A stretch of DNA of 64,000 bases from the human T2T-CHM13v2.0 reference genome, Homo sapiens, in the NCBI RefSeq assembly GCF_009914755.1, contig NC_060931.1; one strand, 5' to 3'. The notes under the pieces were generated by a model. That model was not told the origin of the DNA, made no database searches, and saw only the letters and a list, made by a program, of their open reading frames with translations. Position numbers and translations under genes: made by a program. Shown in pieces: positions 1-12,400 of the stretch (the stretch's first letter is position 1; every line of letters begins with the position of its first letter).

Positions 1-759
1 TCCCAAGGCCAGAATTACATATGGCTTTTAAACATATAACACCAAGTTCAGCCCAACTCATAATCAGAGAAATGCAAATTAAAAGTACATTTGTATACTT
101 ATATTTCACCTAGAAGGCAGATAAAGATCAAATGGTTTGATAACACACAGTGTGGATAAGACTGTGTGAAAACAGGCCCTCTCAAACATTAGTGATGGGA
201 GTGTGTGTTACTATAAATTCTTTGACGTGCAATTTGGCAATTTATACTGGTTATAAATGCATACTTTAACTCAATGATTCCACCTCTAGAAATGTATTAT
301 TCAAGCATACAAACACATAGAATAATATATGAACCAGGCTAGTGGCTGTAATATTGTGCGGTGTGTGTGTGCGTTATAGATAGACAGATAGATGAATTTT
401 AAAGATCATATTTAATGATACTAAGGAATTATTGTTACACCTGTTAGGAGTGATATTGGTTCTGTGGGGTTTCTTAAGTCCTCATATTTTTGGAGATATA
501 TGCTAAAATAATTACAGACGAAATGATATAATGTCTGGGATTTGCTCTCAAATAATATAGGAAGAAGGAGGGTTGGTAGCTAGGAGTGTAAATAAAAATG
601 CTTGGTTCAAGTTAAAGCTTAGTGATGGCCCCCTTAGCATTCATGACACTCAAATCTTCATAATAAAACCTCAACTATTAAAAAGCTCAGAATCAACTCA
701 AATAGCCATTAATAGAAAAGTTAAATAAACTATGATACACCCAAACAATGGAAGAGTAT

Positions 760-1209
760 TGCTATGGTTTGAATATGGTTCATGATTTGTCTCCTCCAAA
801 CCTCATGTTGAAATTTTATCCCCAGTGTGTCAATATTGGAAGGTGGGGCCTGGTGGGAGGGGTCTCGGTCACGAGGGCAGATCCTTCATGAATAGATTAA
901 TGCCCTCCCTCAGGGGTGAGTGAGTTCTTGCTTTATTAGTTCTCTCAACAGCTGGTTGTTAAAAAGAACCTGGCACCAACACTCCCCCACCCCCCACCAG
1001 GCTTCCTCTCTCACCATGTGATCTCTTTGCACACATCCGCTCCCCTTCTGCTTCTTGCCCTGATTTGACACAACCTGAGGCTCTCACCAGAGGCTGATGC
1101 CCAATTTTGAACTTTACAGCCACCAGAATCATGAGCCATATAAACCTGTTTTCTTTATAAGCTACCTAGTCTCAGGTATTTTGCTACAGCAACACAAAAT
1201 GGACTAAGA
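760..1209 (+). mobile_element. MaLR solo LTR (MSTB/MSTC-like)
   Basis: Starts tgctatggtttgaat, ends agcaacacaaaatggactaaga; MST-type internal motifs. Confidence 0.85.
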
Positions 1210-1422
1210 GCTGTTAAAAGAGTAAGCTAAGCGGATTTTATATCCTGATGTGGAATGACCTGCAAGATGTATTGTTAAATGAAGAAGCCAGATGCAAACA
1301 GTGTGCATCAAATGTTTACCATTTACTTATGAAAAAAAGAAGAAAGACTAGACCAACGTGCTTGTTAGATGGGTCGGTGGTATAGTGGGGAGCGTAGCTG
1401 CCTTCCAATGTGCTTGTAAATA

Positions 1423-1501
1423 TTAGGTTGGTGCAAAAGTAATTGTGGTTTTTGCCATTAAAAGTATGGACAAAACCGCAATTGCTTTTGCACCAACCTA
1501 A
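1423..1501. mobile_element. MADE1 (Hsmar1-derived MITE)
   Basis: ~80-bp palindrome ttaggttggtgcaaaagt...cttttgcaccaacctaa preceded by TA. Confidence 0.95.
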
Positions 1502-2499
1502 CGTGTAGAGTATGTCTGGATAATACATAAGAAACAGATATTCCTGGGTTGCCTCTGCAGAGGGAAACCAGGTGATGGTGATAAGGAGGAGGAGGGACAG
1601 GTGTTATGAGGGACACTTTCAGTATATGCTTTTCTACCTGTTGAAATTTGTACCATTAATGCATTATCTATCCACACAAGTAAAATTTGTGATTGTAAAA
1701 GTACACACTAAATCATTAACAGTGGTTATTGCTGAAGGATGGGATTGTGGGTGATTTTTATTTTCCCAGTATTCCACAAAGCACATATTTTTCTTAGGTA
1801 ATTTGAATAAACAGGTTATTTTTGAAGAGGCAAAAATCAGGAAATGACTTAATCAAAGAGCTTGTCTCAATCAGCAAACAGAAAGTAACCCACTAATTCC
1901 TAGTTACAGGACATTGCCACAGCCCTCTTCCTTTGACAATCACACCTCTTGGTGTACTAAGCACCCATGGGTCATCAAGGATGGCGTAGGTAAGGACATG
2001 ATGCTGAGTGAGATCTGTTTCTGCCCTTAAAGCACTCGTGAAGGGGCAGAGTGGAGAGAGAGGCAGAAAAGCCAGCAGACCATTACAGCACGAGGAGATA
2101 AGTACTATAATATCCATAACTGAAGAAATCTGAAGAGGGAGGTGGGAAGGGGTCATGGGAGGAAACTGATTTTTCAGCGGGGATGTACAAGATCCTTAAA
2201 GATGAATGGTAATTGGATTCAAGATGCTATGGTGATGATTCTGTTTAGTGTCAATGATAAAATGGCTGACTCCATTTGTGAATTGACCTCCCCTGATGAT
2301 TCAGCACTGAAACGGTGCCTAATAATTTGCATGGTCCTCCAGTGGGGAGCTGAGCTAAATTTATTTATCGCTGCTCTTCATGCTTTTAAACTTTTACCAG
2401 GTATCAGAACAAAAATCTTGCTCCATTCCCAGATTTTGGTTACTGTTCTAAGTGAATTCAATACCCGAACTGATTCTCTAACAGCTTTACCTCCACTCC

Positions 2500-2960
2500 A
2501 TTCAAGAAACCCAACACATGGGCAAATTCTGGATCTTGCCCTGACCTAACATTGTTCACACTCTAAAATTTTTAACTCTAAAATTTCAGTCTCATCCCAT
2601 GACCTCGTATTTGCCCAACCCTGCCACTCCCACCATCTGCTCATCAACAATCCAAGACTTTGACTCTTCAGCATTTCTCTGGATTGTCAGCCTTCGTTGT
2701 CCCTTCCCACTCAACCCAACTAGTTACGTTGCCTGGAACCACTCTCTTTCCAAAACCCTAACTCCATTACCTCCTAGCTCTCTGTGAATCTGTTCTGTGC
2801 CTCTAAGGAGTCTTTCCACTCCTGTGGCCAGACACAATTCTTTCCCCATCCCACATGATTGTTGTTCAAGATCTGCATTATCCTCTTCAAACCCTCAATC
2901 CCATTTCCCAAATCCATCCCCAAACTCTCAGTGAATAATGAAGTCCTCCAGTCGCTCAAT
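2500..2960 (+). mobile_element. L2 internal fragment
   Basis: Pyrimidine-rich degenerate L2-like sequence (ctggatcttgccctgacc, aaccactctctttcc). Confidence 0.4.
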
Positions 2961-3036
2961 GTATATGCAATATATGTTTATTGATATATACAAATAACTC
3001 AATCTACACAAAAACATATTGATCAATATCGCTCTA

Positions 3037-3396
3037 TAGATGCCCCCTCAACTTAGGATAAGGTTATGTCTCAGTAAGCTCATTATAAGTTGAAAACATC
3101 ACAAGTCCAAAATGCATTTAATACACCTAACCTACTGAACATCATCCCTTAGTCTAGCCTCTCTTAAACATGCTTAGGACACTTCCATCAGCCTACCATT
3201 GGGCAAAACCATCTAACATAAGGCCAATTTTATAATAAAGTGTTGAGTATCTCATGTAATTTCTGCAATACCGTACTGAAAGTGAAAAACAGAATAGTTC
3301 TATGGGTACTCGAAGTATGGTTTCTACTGGGTGTGTGTCGCTCTCACACCATCATGAAGTCAAAAATGTGTAAGTCAAGCCATTGGGGACCATTTG
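3037..3396 (+). mobile_element. MER47A (TcMar-Tigger MITE)
   Basis: agatgccccctcaactta...aaaatgcatttaatacacctaacctac...ggggaccatttg matches MER47A. Confidence 0.85.
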
Positions 3397-3728
3397 AAGT
3401 TAGTTCATTTTCATTACTATAGAACATTCCATCTCCAGTTAACTGACATATAGGTTGCTTAAAAAAATTATATGAAGAATGCCACCACAATAAATATATG
3501 TTTGCATCTTGCACAGGCAGTGTTTCTCGCCGGCAGCTGCACAGCCAGTCTACCAGGTGGGGGCCCAGAAAAAATTATATCAACATATGCTGAATCTGCA
3601 CTTATATGCTACTGGAGTGTGTTAACTCCATTTCTGACAATATTGTATGTCCCCGGCTAATCAAATGAGGGTATTAGCATGCAAGACGGCTCTCTCCAAG
3701 ACAATGTAGCCCATCAGAAAAGTTAAAG

Positions 3729-4066
3729 TAGGGGTCCCCAACCCCCAGGCTACGGACCAATTTCGGTCTGTAGCCTGTTAGGAACCGGGCTGCAGAGCAG
3801 GAGGTGAGCAGCGGGCGAGTGAACATTACTGCCTGAGCTCCATCTCCTATCAGATCAGCAGCAGCATTGGATTCTCATAGGAGCGGGTACCCTATTGCGA
3901 ACTACACAAGCTAGGGATCTAGGTTGGGCACTCTTTATGAGAATCTAATGCTTGATGATCTGAGGTGGAACAGTTTCATCCTGAAACCATCCACCCACAA
4001 CTATCCATGGAAAAAATGGTCTTCCATGACACCAGACCCCGGTGCCAAAAAGGGTGGAGACCACCG
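3729..4066 (+). mobile_element. MER1B (hAT-Charlie)
   Basis: aggggtccccaacccc...ggagaccaccg; 8-bp TSD agttaaag/agttcaag. Confidence 0.92.
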
Positions 4067-4851
4067 AGTTCAAGCATTAAGTTCATTTGATGGACACTAC
4101 ACAATGACTAAAAATAATGCTTATAGACTCCTAATGACGCGAGAAATGTTCGTAATTTATTGTCAAGTGGAAATACAGAGTCATGTGACCATCACTTTGA
4201 CTAATGAGATTATGCCAAAAGGATTTAAGAACCAGCTTGAAGAGGCTACTACTATATTAAAATAAACAATAACGGCAGTAGCTTATAATCTGTTGAATAA
4301 AATAGGAATTAAAGAGTCCATACTGATATGAATGAATGAATAAGACAAGGCTCTTACTTACAGAATAATGCCAAAAAATGTTGAAAAGATGGTGGACTTA
4401 GAAAAACTGTTGTATGATTATCATATGGTTACACATGGTAACCACTTTAGTAATAACTGATTCAGGCAAAAATCACTAATGGACGCTAAACCTAGTGGGT
4501 AAAAGTTTGACGATTATGGATATTCATATAGTTTCAAAGTATTTTCCCACTGAACACTAATTACAAAGGGGGAAAGAGCCACTTTAGAGTGGAAAAGCCT
4601 GGCGGACTCCACCTGAATTCAACAATCAAAGTCAACATGAACAGTAATGGGTCAAATCACCCCTACATATCACCTGATTAGGTTCCAGGACAAGGATACA
4701 TCATTATTACTTCTGTGATATTTCTGCAAAAGCTGTATAACTTAATATAACTATGAAGGAACATCAGACAAATCCAAAATGAGGAATATGTTACAAAATA
4801 ACTGGCCTGTAACCTTAAAAAATATCCAAGTGGTGAAAGTGAAAAGCTAAA

Positions 4852-5269
4852 TGCTACAGTTTGAGTATGTTCTCTTCAAAATTCTTCAAAATTCATGCTG
4901 AAATTTAATCCCCATTGTGGTGGCATTAAAAGGCATTAAAAGGCCTTTGGGGAAGTGGTTAAGTGATGAGGGCTCTGCCCTCTTGAATGGATTAGTGCCT
5001 TCTGAGAAGGCTGGAGGGACCTAGCTTAGGCCCTTTTTGCTCTTCTGTTCTTCTGCCATATGAGGACATGGCATTCCTTCCCTCCAGAGAATGCAGCAAC
5101 AGGGCGCCATCTTGGAAGGAGAGAACAGCCCTTGCCAGACACCATTCCTGCTGGCACCTTGATCTTAGACTTCTCAACTTCCAGAATTGTGGGAAATAAA
5201 TTTCTGTTCTTTATAAATTACCCAGTAATCCAAGGTATTTTGTTATAGCAGCTCCAAAGGACTGAGACA
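4852..5269 (+). mobile_element. MaLR solo LTR (MSTD-like)
   Basis: tgctacagtttgag...ggactgagaca; perfect 5-bp TSD CTAAA. Confidence 0.88.
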
Positions 5270-5534
5270 CTAAACAAAACACAAAACCTAAGGAAACTTT
5301 TCAGATGGGAGAAAACAGAAGAGACATCACAGATGGATGCTAAATTCAGACACACCTCAAAGATATTGCAGGTTTGGTTCTGGACTACTACAATAAAGCA
5401 AGTCACACCAATTTCTTGGTTTCCCAGTGCATATAAAAGTTAAATTTACATTATACTTTTGTCTATTAAGTGTGCAGTAGCATTATATCTTTAAAAATGT
5501 ACTTTTATTTAAACATATTTTATTGCTAAAATAT

Positions 5535-7061
5535 ATGAACAATCATCTGAGCATTCAGCAGTTCATAATCTTTTACTGGTAGAAGGTCTTGTCTAAATGC
5601 TGATGGCTGCTGACTGATCAAGGTGGTGGTTGCTGAAGTCTGAGGTGCCTGTGGCAATTTCTTAAAATAAGACAACAATGAATTTGGCCGCACATAGATG
5701 GACTCTTCATTTCATAAAAAAATTAATCTGTAGCATGCAATGCTGTTTGACAGCATTTTACCCACAGTAGAACTTATTTCAGAATTGGAGTCAATCCTTT
5801 TAAGCCTTGCCACTGTTTTATTATGTAAAGAATATGCTGATGGAATATTCTACAACGTTCACAATGCCATTTCAACAATGTTTACAAAGCATCTTTACCA
5901 GGAGTAGATTCTATTTCAAGAAACTACTTTCTTAGCTCATCCATAAGAAGCAACTCCGCATCCATTCAAGTTTGATCATGAGATTGCAGAAATTCAGTTC
6001 CATCTTTAGGATCCGCTTTTAACTCCCCTTCTCTTGCTATTTCCACCACATCTGCAGCGACTTCCTCCACTGAAGTCTTGAACCCCTCAACATCATCCAT
6101 GAAGGCTGGAATCTACTTCTTCCAAACTCCTGTTAAATGTTGATATTTTGGCCTCCTCCCATGAATCACAAATGTTCTTAATGGTATTGAGAACAGTGAA
6201 ACCTTTCCAGAAGGCTTTAAATTTACATTGCCCAGATCTATCAGAGGAATCACTACGTATGGCAGCTATCGCCTTATGAAATGCGTTTCTTAAATATTAA
6301 GACTTGAAAGTTTAAATTTTAACTCCTTGATGTATGGGCTGCAGAACGGATGCTGTGTTAGAAGGCATGAAAACAACATTCATCTCCTTGTACATCTCCA
6401 TTAGAGCTCTTGGGTGACCAGGTGCATTGTCAATGAGCAGGAATATTTTGAAAGGAGTCTTTTCTTCTGAGCAGTATTTCTCAACAGTGAGCTTAAAATA
6501 TTCAATAAACCATGCTATAAACAGATGTGCTGTCATCCAGGCTTTGTTGTTTCATGTCTAGAGCATAGGCAGAATAGATTTACTATCATTCTGAAGGTCC
6601 TTAAGATTTGGGGGATGGTAAATGAACACTGGCTTCAGCTTACAGTCACCAGCTGGACTGGCCCCTCACAAGAGTCAACCTATCCTTTGAAGTTTTGAAG
6701 CCAGGCATTGACTTCTCCTACCCAGCTATGAAAGTCCTAGATGGCATCTTATTCCAATAGAAGGTTGTTTTAGGCTGGGTGCAGTGGCTCATGCCTGTAA
6801 TCCCAGCACTTTGGGAGGCCGAGGTGGGTGGATCACCTTATGTCAGGAGTTCAAGACCAGCCTGGTCAACATAGTAAAACCCCATCTCTACTAAAACTAC
6901 AAAAATAAGCTGGGCGTGGTGGTAGATGCCTGTAATCCCAGCTACTTGGGAGGCTGAGGCAGGGAGAATTGCTTGAATCCAGGAGGGCAGAGGTTGCAGT
7001 GAGCCAAGATTGCACCACTGCATTCCAGCCTGGGCAACAGAAAAAGACTCTGTCTCAAAAA

Positions 7062-7092
<31 letters not shown>

Positions 7093-7667
7093 AGGGCTGG
7101 TTTTTTCTGCATTGAAAAATCTGTTGTTGAGTGTAGCCACCTTCATCAATTTTCTTAACTGGAACTTCTTGATAACTTGCTGCTGCAGCTTCTACATGAG
7201 CACTTGTTGCTTCACCTTGTACTTTTATATTATGGAGATGACTTCTTAAACCTCATGAACCAACCTTTGCTAGCGTCAAACTTTTTTTCTGCAGCTTCCT
7301 TTCCTCTCTCAGCCTTCATAGAATTGAAAAGAGTTGGGGCCTTGCTCACTCTGGATTAGGTTTTGGCTTAAGGGAATGTTGTGGCTGGTTTAATTTTCTA
7401 TCCAGACCTCTAAAACTTTCTCCATATCAGCAATAAGGCTGCTTTGCTTTCTTATCATTTGTGTGTCCACTAGAGTGGCACTTTTAATTTCCTTCAAGTA
7501 CTTTTCCTTTGCATTCGCAACTTGGCTAACTCTTTGGCTCAGGAGGCTAGCTTTCAGTTTATCTCAGCTTTTGTCATGCCTTCCTCACTATGCTTAATCA
7601 TTTCCAGTTTTTGATTTAAAGTGAGAGACATGAGACTCTTCCTTTCACTTGAACACTTAGAGGCCAC
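5535..7667 (-). pseudogene. Decayed Tigger1 transposase (TIGD1-like) ORF
   Basis: Fragments ASKCSSERKS..LTLNQKLEMIK (7554-7781 ORF) and [16 protein letters not shown] (6312-6536 ORF); start codon is GTG, frame is broken and carries an Alu. Confidence 0.85.
6773..7093 (+). mobile_element. AluS with (TAAA)n tail, inside Tigger1
   Basis: Full dimer; degenerate TSD aatagaaggttgtttt/aataaagggctggtttt. Confidence 0.95.
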
Positions 7668-7871
7668 TGTAGCATTACTAATTGGCCTAATTTCAGTGTT
7701 ATTGTATCTCAGGGAATAGGGATCCCCAAGGAGAGGGAGACAGATAGGGAAGGGCTGGTTGGTGGAGCAGTCAGAACACACACAACATTTATTAAGTTCA
7801 CCATTTTATATAGATGTAGTTTGTGGCCTCAAAAAAATCACAATAGTAACATCAAAGATCACTGATCACGA

Positions 7872-8289
7872 TGTAAGAATTAAAGAAAGAGGAAAGAAAC
7901 ATGAAATGTGGCTCAACAGTTAAGGACAGGTTTATTTTAGAGAAAACAAACCTGAGAGGGGCTTCTGGCCAAGTTAGGTCAGAGAGCCCTTCTCTCTTAC
8001 ACACTAAGTATATTTAAGGGTTTTGGAAAGGGGGGCTTGTCATAGGTTTGGAATGTTTCTATGTGAAGGAAAGTTTATTGCAGGGTTGGAGTGTCTCTGG
8101 TCGGAGGGGAGCCTATCTCAGGGTTGGTATGTTTCTGGTCAGAGAGGGGTTTATCTTAGGGTTGGGATGTTTCTAGTTATGCTGACATTAGCCATTAGGC
8201 TGATGTTTTGGGGCTGGATTTAGGTGGTTTTTAAAGAGAACTTACAACGGTGGTGTTTTGTTCAAGATGGCGATGCTCCTGCTCTGTCA
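7872..8289 (-). mobile_element. ERV1 solo LTR (LTR15-like), inside Tigger1
   Basis: Minus strand reads TGACAGAGCAGGAGCATCGCCATCTTG...AATAAACCTG...TTAATTCTTACA; Tigger1 sequence resumes on both sides. Confidence 0.75.
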
Positions 8290-10154
8290 CACAGATCATC
8301 CTAACAGATATAATAATGAAAGCAAATAATGAAAAAGATTGAAATATTTGTTGGAATCACCAAAATGTGACCCAGAGGCACGAAGTGAGCACATGCTCTT
8401 AGAAAAATGATACTGACAGACTTGCCCAACCACAGGGTTGCCACAAACCTTTAATTTGTAAAAAACAAACAAACAAAACAAAACAAAAAAACACAGTATC
8501 TGCAAGGTGCAATAAAGTGAAGTATAAAATGTGGTATGCCAGTATGATCCTGGATTGAATGATTTAGCTGTAAAAGAAATTATTTGGATAACTGGGGAAA
8601 TTTGAATAGAGTCTGTGGATTAGGTGGTGGTATATGATGTTAAGTTTTCTTATTCTGATGGTTATAGTATGCTTATGCTGTAGCGTCTTTGTGAAAAATA
8701 TACTCTAGCATATTCAACAGTGGAGGACATCACGCCTGCTGCTTACTGTAAAAAAGTTTAGAAAAAGAACAAATTTTAGTATAAATGATATAAATATAGC
8801 ATATCTATTTGAGAGAGAGAGAGAATGATACGGAAATGTGCTCCAATGTCTACAATCAGGAAATCTGGGTGAAAGACATATAGGATTTCTTTGTACTGTT
8901 CATGCAACTTTCTGCTATTTTTGAAATTATTTAAAGTAAAATAGTAAAATGAAAATAGACTATGGGATGGCAACTTAATTATATCCATGTGGTGAAATAT
9001 TACACACATTCAAAAACCACATTTAGTAAATGACATGAGCAAATATGTTTTCTTAAGAAATCAGTATATAAAACTATATGTGTAATATGGCTTAACCTGT
9101 CAAAACATGTGCCTAAGGGAAAAAGACATAAAGGAAATATATGACATGTAAAGATGGAATTATCATCAAATGATGCTAATTCTAGATGATCATGTATTTT
9201 TATTTTGGATTTTTTTTTTTAAACGTCTCCAGGTGTCTGGCTCTTTTAAGAAGAACAAAATGTTATTCTACAAAATGAAACCAACAATGAGTAAACTGGA
9301 GGCTCGAATACAAGTGTTCTCTCCATGCTGGGGAGCATTTTCCCGACGCCATCTGAAGCCTCAGAGTAGAAATCTTGTTTCACAAAATTCAAAGCTTCTG
9401 TTCTTACACCTGATTCCTCGGGAAACTCTTTTCTCCTACTTGTATTAACCAATTCAGCTGTGAGGAGCAAAGGAGACGGGGACTGCCCTTAGCTGGGCTC
9501 TGAAGGTGCGTATTTTAGCACCGGCTGAGAACTGAGTTAGCTAATCTTCAAAGAGGCTGCCTGCCATCCCATTCAACAACATAAAAAGCAATTTGTTTAC
9601 GGGAAGAAAAGCCATTTCAACATGAAAATTGGTTTCACGACAATATGCCTGATAAAACAGCACATGAAAGAACCATTGGTCGGCCTCTCTCCCCTGGGTC
9701 CCCCCACAATCCCCGCCCTTACCCTTTCTTTCAGAACTGTCACCATAATGGAAAAGGAAGTTATCTCAATGGAAAAACATGCTGGAACACATTTTACCTC
9801 TGGAGTAATGGGCCAGGACTGCCCACACATTCAATGAAAAACAAAATATTTGGTCATTCTGCTCCTTCTACCCGAACGCATTCGAAAGCTTGCAATGCCA
9901 TCATCTAGCGTTCAATCTCAAAAATTCATCCTTGACTCCTTCCCTTCTTGTTGATGGTACCTCCAGCATCCAGAGTGGTGTGTCAAAGACATCACGTCTA
10001 ATCACGCTTTGCTTCAGCTTCAAATTTCTCACTGGCTCCCATTCACTCATATATTCAACAAGCAGGTTGCTATTCCACACCAGGCCAGAGCCCATGGGCA
10101 TCCGGCAAGGTCACATCCATCCCCTCTTTGATGTCCCAGGCGCTTCCAGAACTG

Positions 10155-10667
10155 GGCCATGTACACCTTCTTCTAAGCACCTCAGCCCCATGCCTACCAT
10201 CTTCTAAGCACCTCGGCCACACCCACCCTCTTCTACCCACCTCAGCCACGCCCAACCTCTTCTGCCCACCTCCACCATGCCCACCCTGGGTCTTCTACTC
10301 ATCTCAGCCACGCCCACCCTCTTCTAAGCACCTCAGCCACGCCCACCCTCTTCTACCCACCTCAGCCACGCCCACCCTCTTCTACCAACTTCAGCCACAC
10401 CCACCCCTCTTCTACCCACCTCAGCCATGCCCACCCTCTTCTAAGCACCTTGGCCATGTCCACCCCCTCAGCCATGCCCACCCTCCTCTACCCACATCGG
10501 CCACACCCCTTTCTAAGCACCTCAGTCAAGTCTACCCTCTTCTAAGCCTCTCATCCATGCCCACCTTCTTCTAAGCACCTCGGCCATGTCCACCCTCTTC
10601 TAAGCTCCTCAGCCATGTCCATCCTCTTCTAAGCTCCTCGGTCACCTCCACCCTCTAGGAACCTCAG
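10155..10667. repeat. 29-bp minisatellite, ~18 degenerate copies
   Basis: Unit GCCCACCCTCTTCTA(AG/CC)CACCTCAGCCAC repeated in tandem. Confidence 0.92.
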
Positions 10668-10931
10668 TGCTCTGCCCCTCCTTAACCCACCCTACAGAGC
10701 TGATGGCTGTATTTGGAGCAGGCCTTCACTTTCAGGACTATATACTATGTTGCTACTTCCCTTATCTCTCTTTGCAAATGACAAACACCTATTTATTCTT
10801 TCAGATTTACTGAGTCAGGTCTCCTACTAAGCCCTCTTTAGGAAGAGGGAGAAGAGGCCCCTCTCCTCTGTAATCTCGTTGGAATATTTCACCACTGTTG
10901 GGGGAGGTTAGGAAAGCATGCTCAGAAGTGT

Positions 10932-11191
10932 CCTGTAATCTCAGCAATTCGGGAGACTGAGGTGGGAGGATTGCTTCAGGCCAGGAGTTTGAAACCAGCC
11001 TGGGCAACAAAGTAACACCCTGTCTCTGCAATAAATTTAAAAATTAGCTGGGAGTGGTGCTGAACACTTACAGTCCCAGCTACTAGGGAGACTGAGGCAA
11101 GAGGATCACTTGAGCCCAGGAGTTCAAGGCTGCAGTGAGTCATGATTGCACAACTTCACTCCAGCCTGGGTGACAGAGTGAGACCTTGTCT

Positions 11192-11198
<7 letters not shown>
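10932..11198 (+). mobile_element. AluJ, 5' end degraded
   Basis: J-type ggaggattgctt, ttcaaggctgcagtgag. Confidence 0.9.
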
Positions 11199-11230
<32 letters not shown>

Positions 11231-11340
11231 AAGAGAGGAACAGAGAAAGGGAGAAGGAAGGAAGGGAGGGAGGGAGGGAGGGAGGGAGGGAGGGAGGGAG
11301 GGAGGGAGGGAGGATGGAAGAAGCGAATGAAGGAAGCAAG
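11198..11340 (+). repeat. (GA)n / (GGAA)n / (GGGA)n polypurine tract
   Basis: Directly visible at the Alu tail. Confidence 0.95.
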
Positions 11341-12081
11341 CAGCCAGAACCAGAGTCCCACCTCCTTCTGCTGCTCCTGTGGACCTGCCCAGACAATTTT
11401 AGCACACGCAGCTCTACAGTGAGACCCACTCAGAGGAAATCTTGCTGAAAGTATTTCCCTCTCCCTCCTATCAAAGGAAGACAAGGGCAGAAGCCCCCTC
11501 AGGGATTACACCCCAACCTTGGCAGGCAGGGTGTGGCCAGTCTGGGCCTATGTGGCCTATGTCTGTTGAATGGTAGGATAAATGAATGAACAGAGGCAAC
11601 CCTGGTTGGCTCTTGAGTGGTGTGAGCTGGTCCTGTACCCAGATACTGGGGTGGCCTTGGCAGGGCCCTGGAACCAAATGAGTGTTCAAGACAACCTCCT
11701 ATCGGAGCTCATCAACTTCCAGGACAGGAGAGAATGTGTCACTGCCTCTCTCATGCACAGTCCTGGGGGAAAGCTGGCAAGTACATCAGGGCTGCCTGCC
11801 TGTCCAGCCCAGGGCGCTGGGGCCTTGCTCTGCAGTCCTGTGGCAGCTGGTTCCCCACCTGGGAGGAGGAAGACAGCCCCATTGTGAATGTCTCTAAAAC
11901 AAAAGGTAGAAGATACTAGCCTCCTAGTGTGGACCATGGCAGACTCAAGCTATAGCAACTCCATGGGCTAAGCATGAACTGGTGCTGTGCTGTCCCTCAA
12001 CCCAAGGCCAAGGTCACTGGCTCCAGCCTCTCTGCGTCCTGAGAAAAGTAGCAACAATTATCCAATAGAAAAATTAATCTC

Positions 12082-12248
12082 ACTGGATGCGGTAGCTCAT
12101 ACCTGTAATTCCAGAAATTTGGGAGGCTGAGGTGGGAGCATCACTTGAGCCCAGGAGGTTGCAGTGAGCCATGATTGCACCACTGTACTCCAGCCTAAGT
12201 GACAGGGCATGATCCTGTCTTAAAAAAAGAAAAGAAAAAGAAAAAAAG
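12082..12248 (+). mobile_element. Alu monomer (FAM-like, or dimer collapsed by intra-element recombination)
   Basis: Left-arm start fused to right-arm end at cccaggaggttgcagtgag, then A-tail. Confidence 0.75.
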
Positions 12249-12400
12249 GCCAGGTGCAGTGGCTCACACCTGCAATCCTAGCACTTTGGGAGGCTGAAGC
12301 AAGTGGATCACCTGAGGTCAAGAGTTCGAGACCAGCCCTGGCAACATGGTGAAACCCAGTCTGTACTAAAAATACAAAAATTACCTGGGTGTGATGGCAC
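12249..12400 (+). mobile_element. AluS left arm, 3'-truncated
   Basis: ggccaggtgcagtggctcac... stops at gtgatggcac. Confidence 0.9.

Larger units (their letters stand above)
30..1820 (+). mobile_element. Old L1M (L1ME/L1MC-type) ORF2-end and 3'UTR fragments, interrupted by an MST LTR and MADE1
   Basis: Motifs such as agagaaatgcaaattaaaa, attccacctctagaaat and aatgtctgggatttgct resemble ancient L1 3' ends; highly diverged. Confidence 0.65.
5347..8542 (-). mobile_element. Full-length Tigger1 DNA transposon, interrupted by an Alu and an ERV1 LTR
   Basis: Both TIRs present (cagacacacctc.../...gtggtatgccag then TA); about 2.45 kb after removing the inserts; transposase peptides in the ORF track. 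Confidence 0.95.
4190..8945 (+). mobile_element. L1MC4-like 3' region split by MSTD and Tigger1 (pieces ~4190-4851, 5275-5346, 8545-8945)
   Basis: aacatcagacaaatccaaaatgagg...aataactggcctgta, and after Tigger1 tgatcctggattg...atttctttgtactgttcatgcaacttt. Confidence 0.7.

Noticed and set aside
5535-7667. TIGD1 gene
   Set aside because: A decayed Tigger1 copy with GTG start, broken frame and an Alu insertion, not an intact domesticated transposase
9200-9900. Splice acceptor at 9231-9232 and overlapping short ORFs as an exon
   Set aside because: No convincing partner donor or recognisable protein; the T-tract adjoins L1-like sequence
10128-10574. 148-aa Pro/Ser-rich ORF, or a CRISPR-like array
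   Set aside because: Translation of a C-rich 29-bp tandem repeat; there are no unique spacers and no cas genes
11124-11484. Overlapping ORFs with PPSL/GGRE repeats
   Set aside because: Stop-free microsatellite plus Alu sequence
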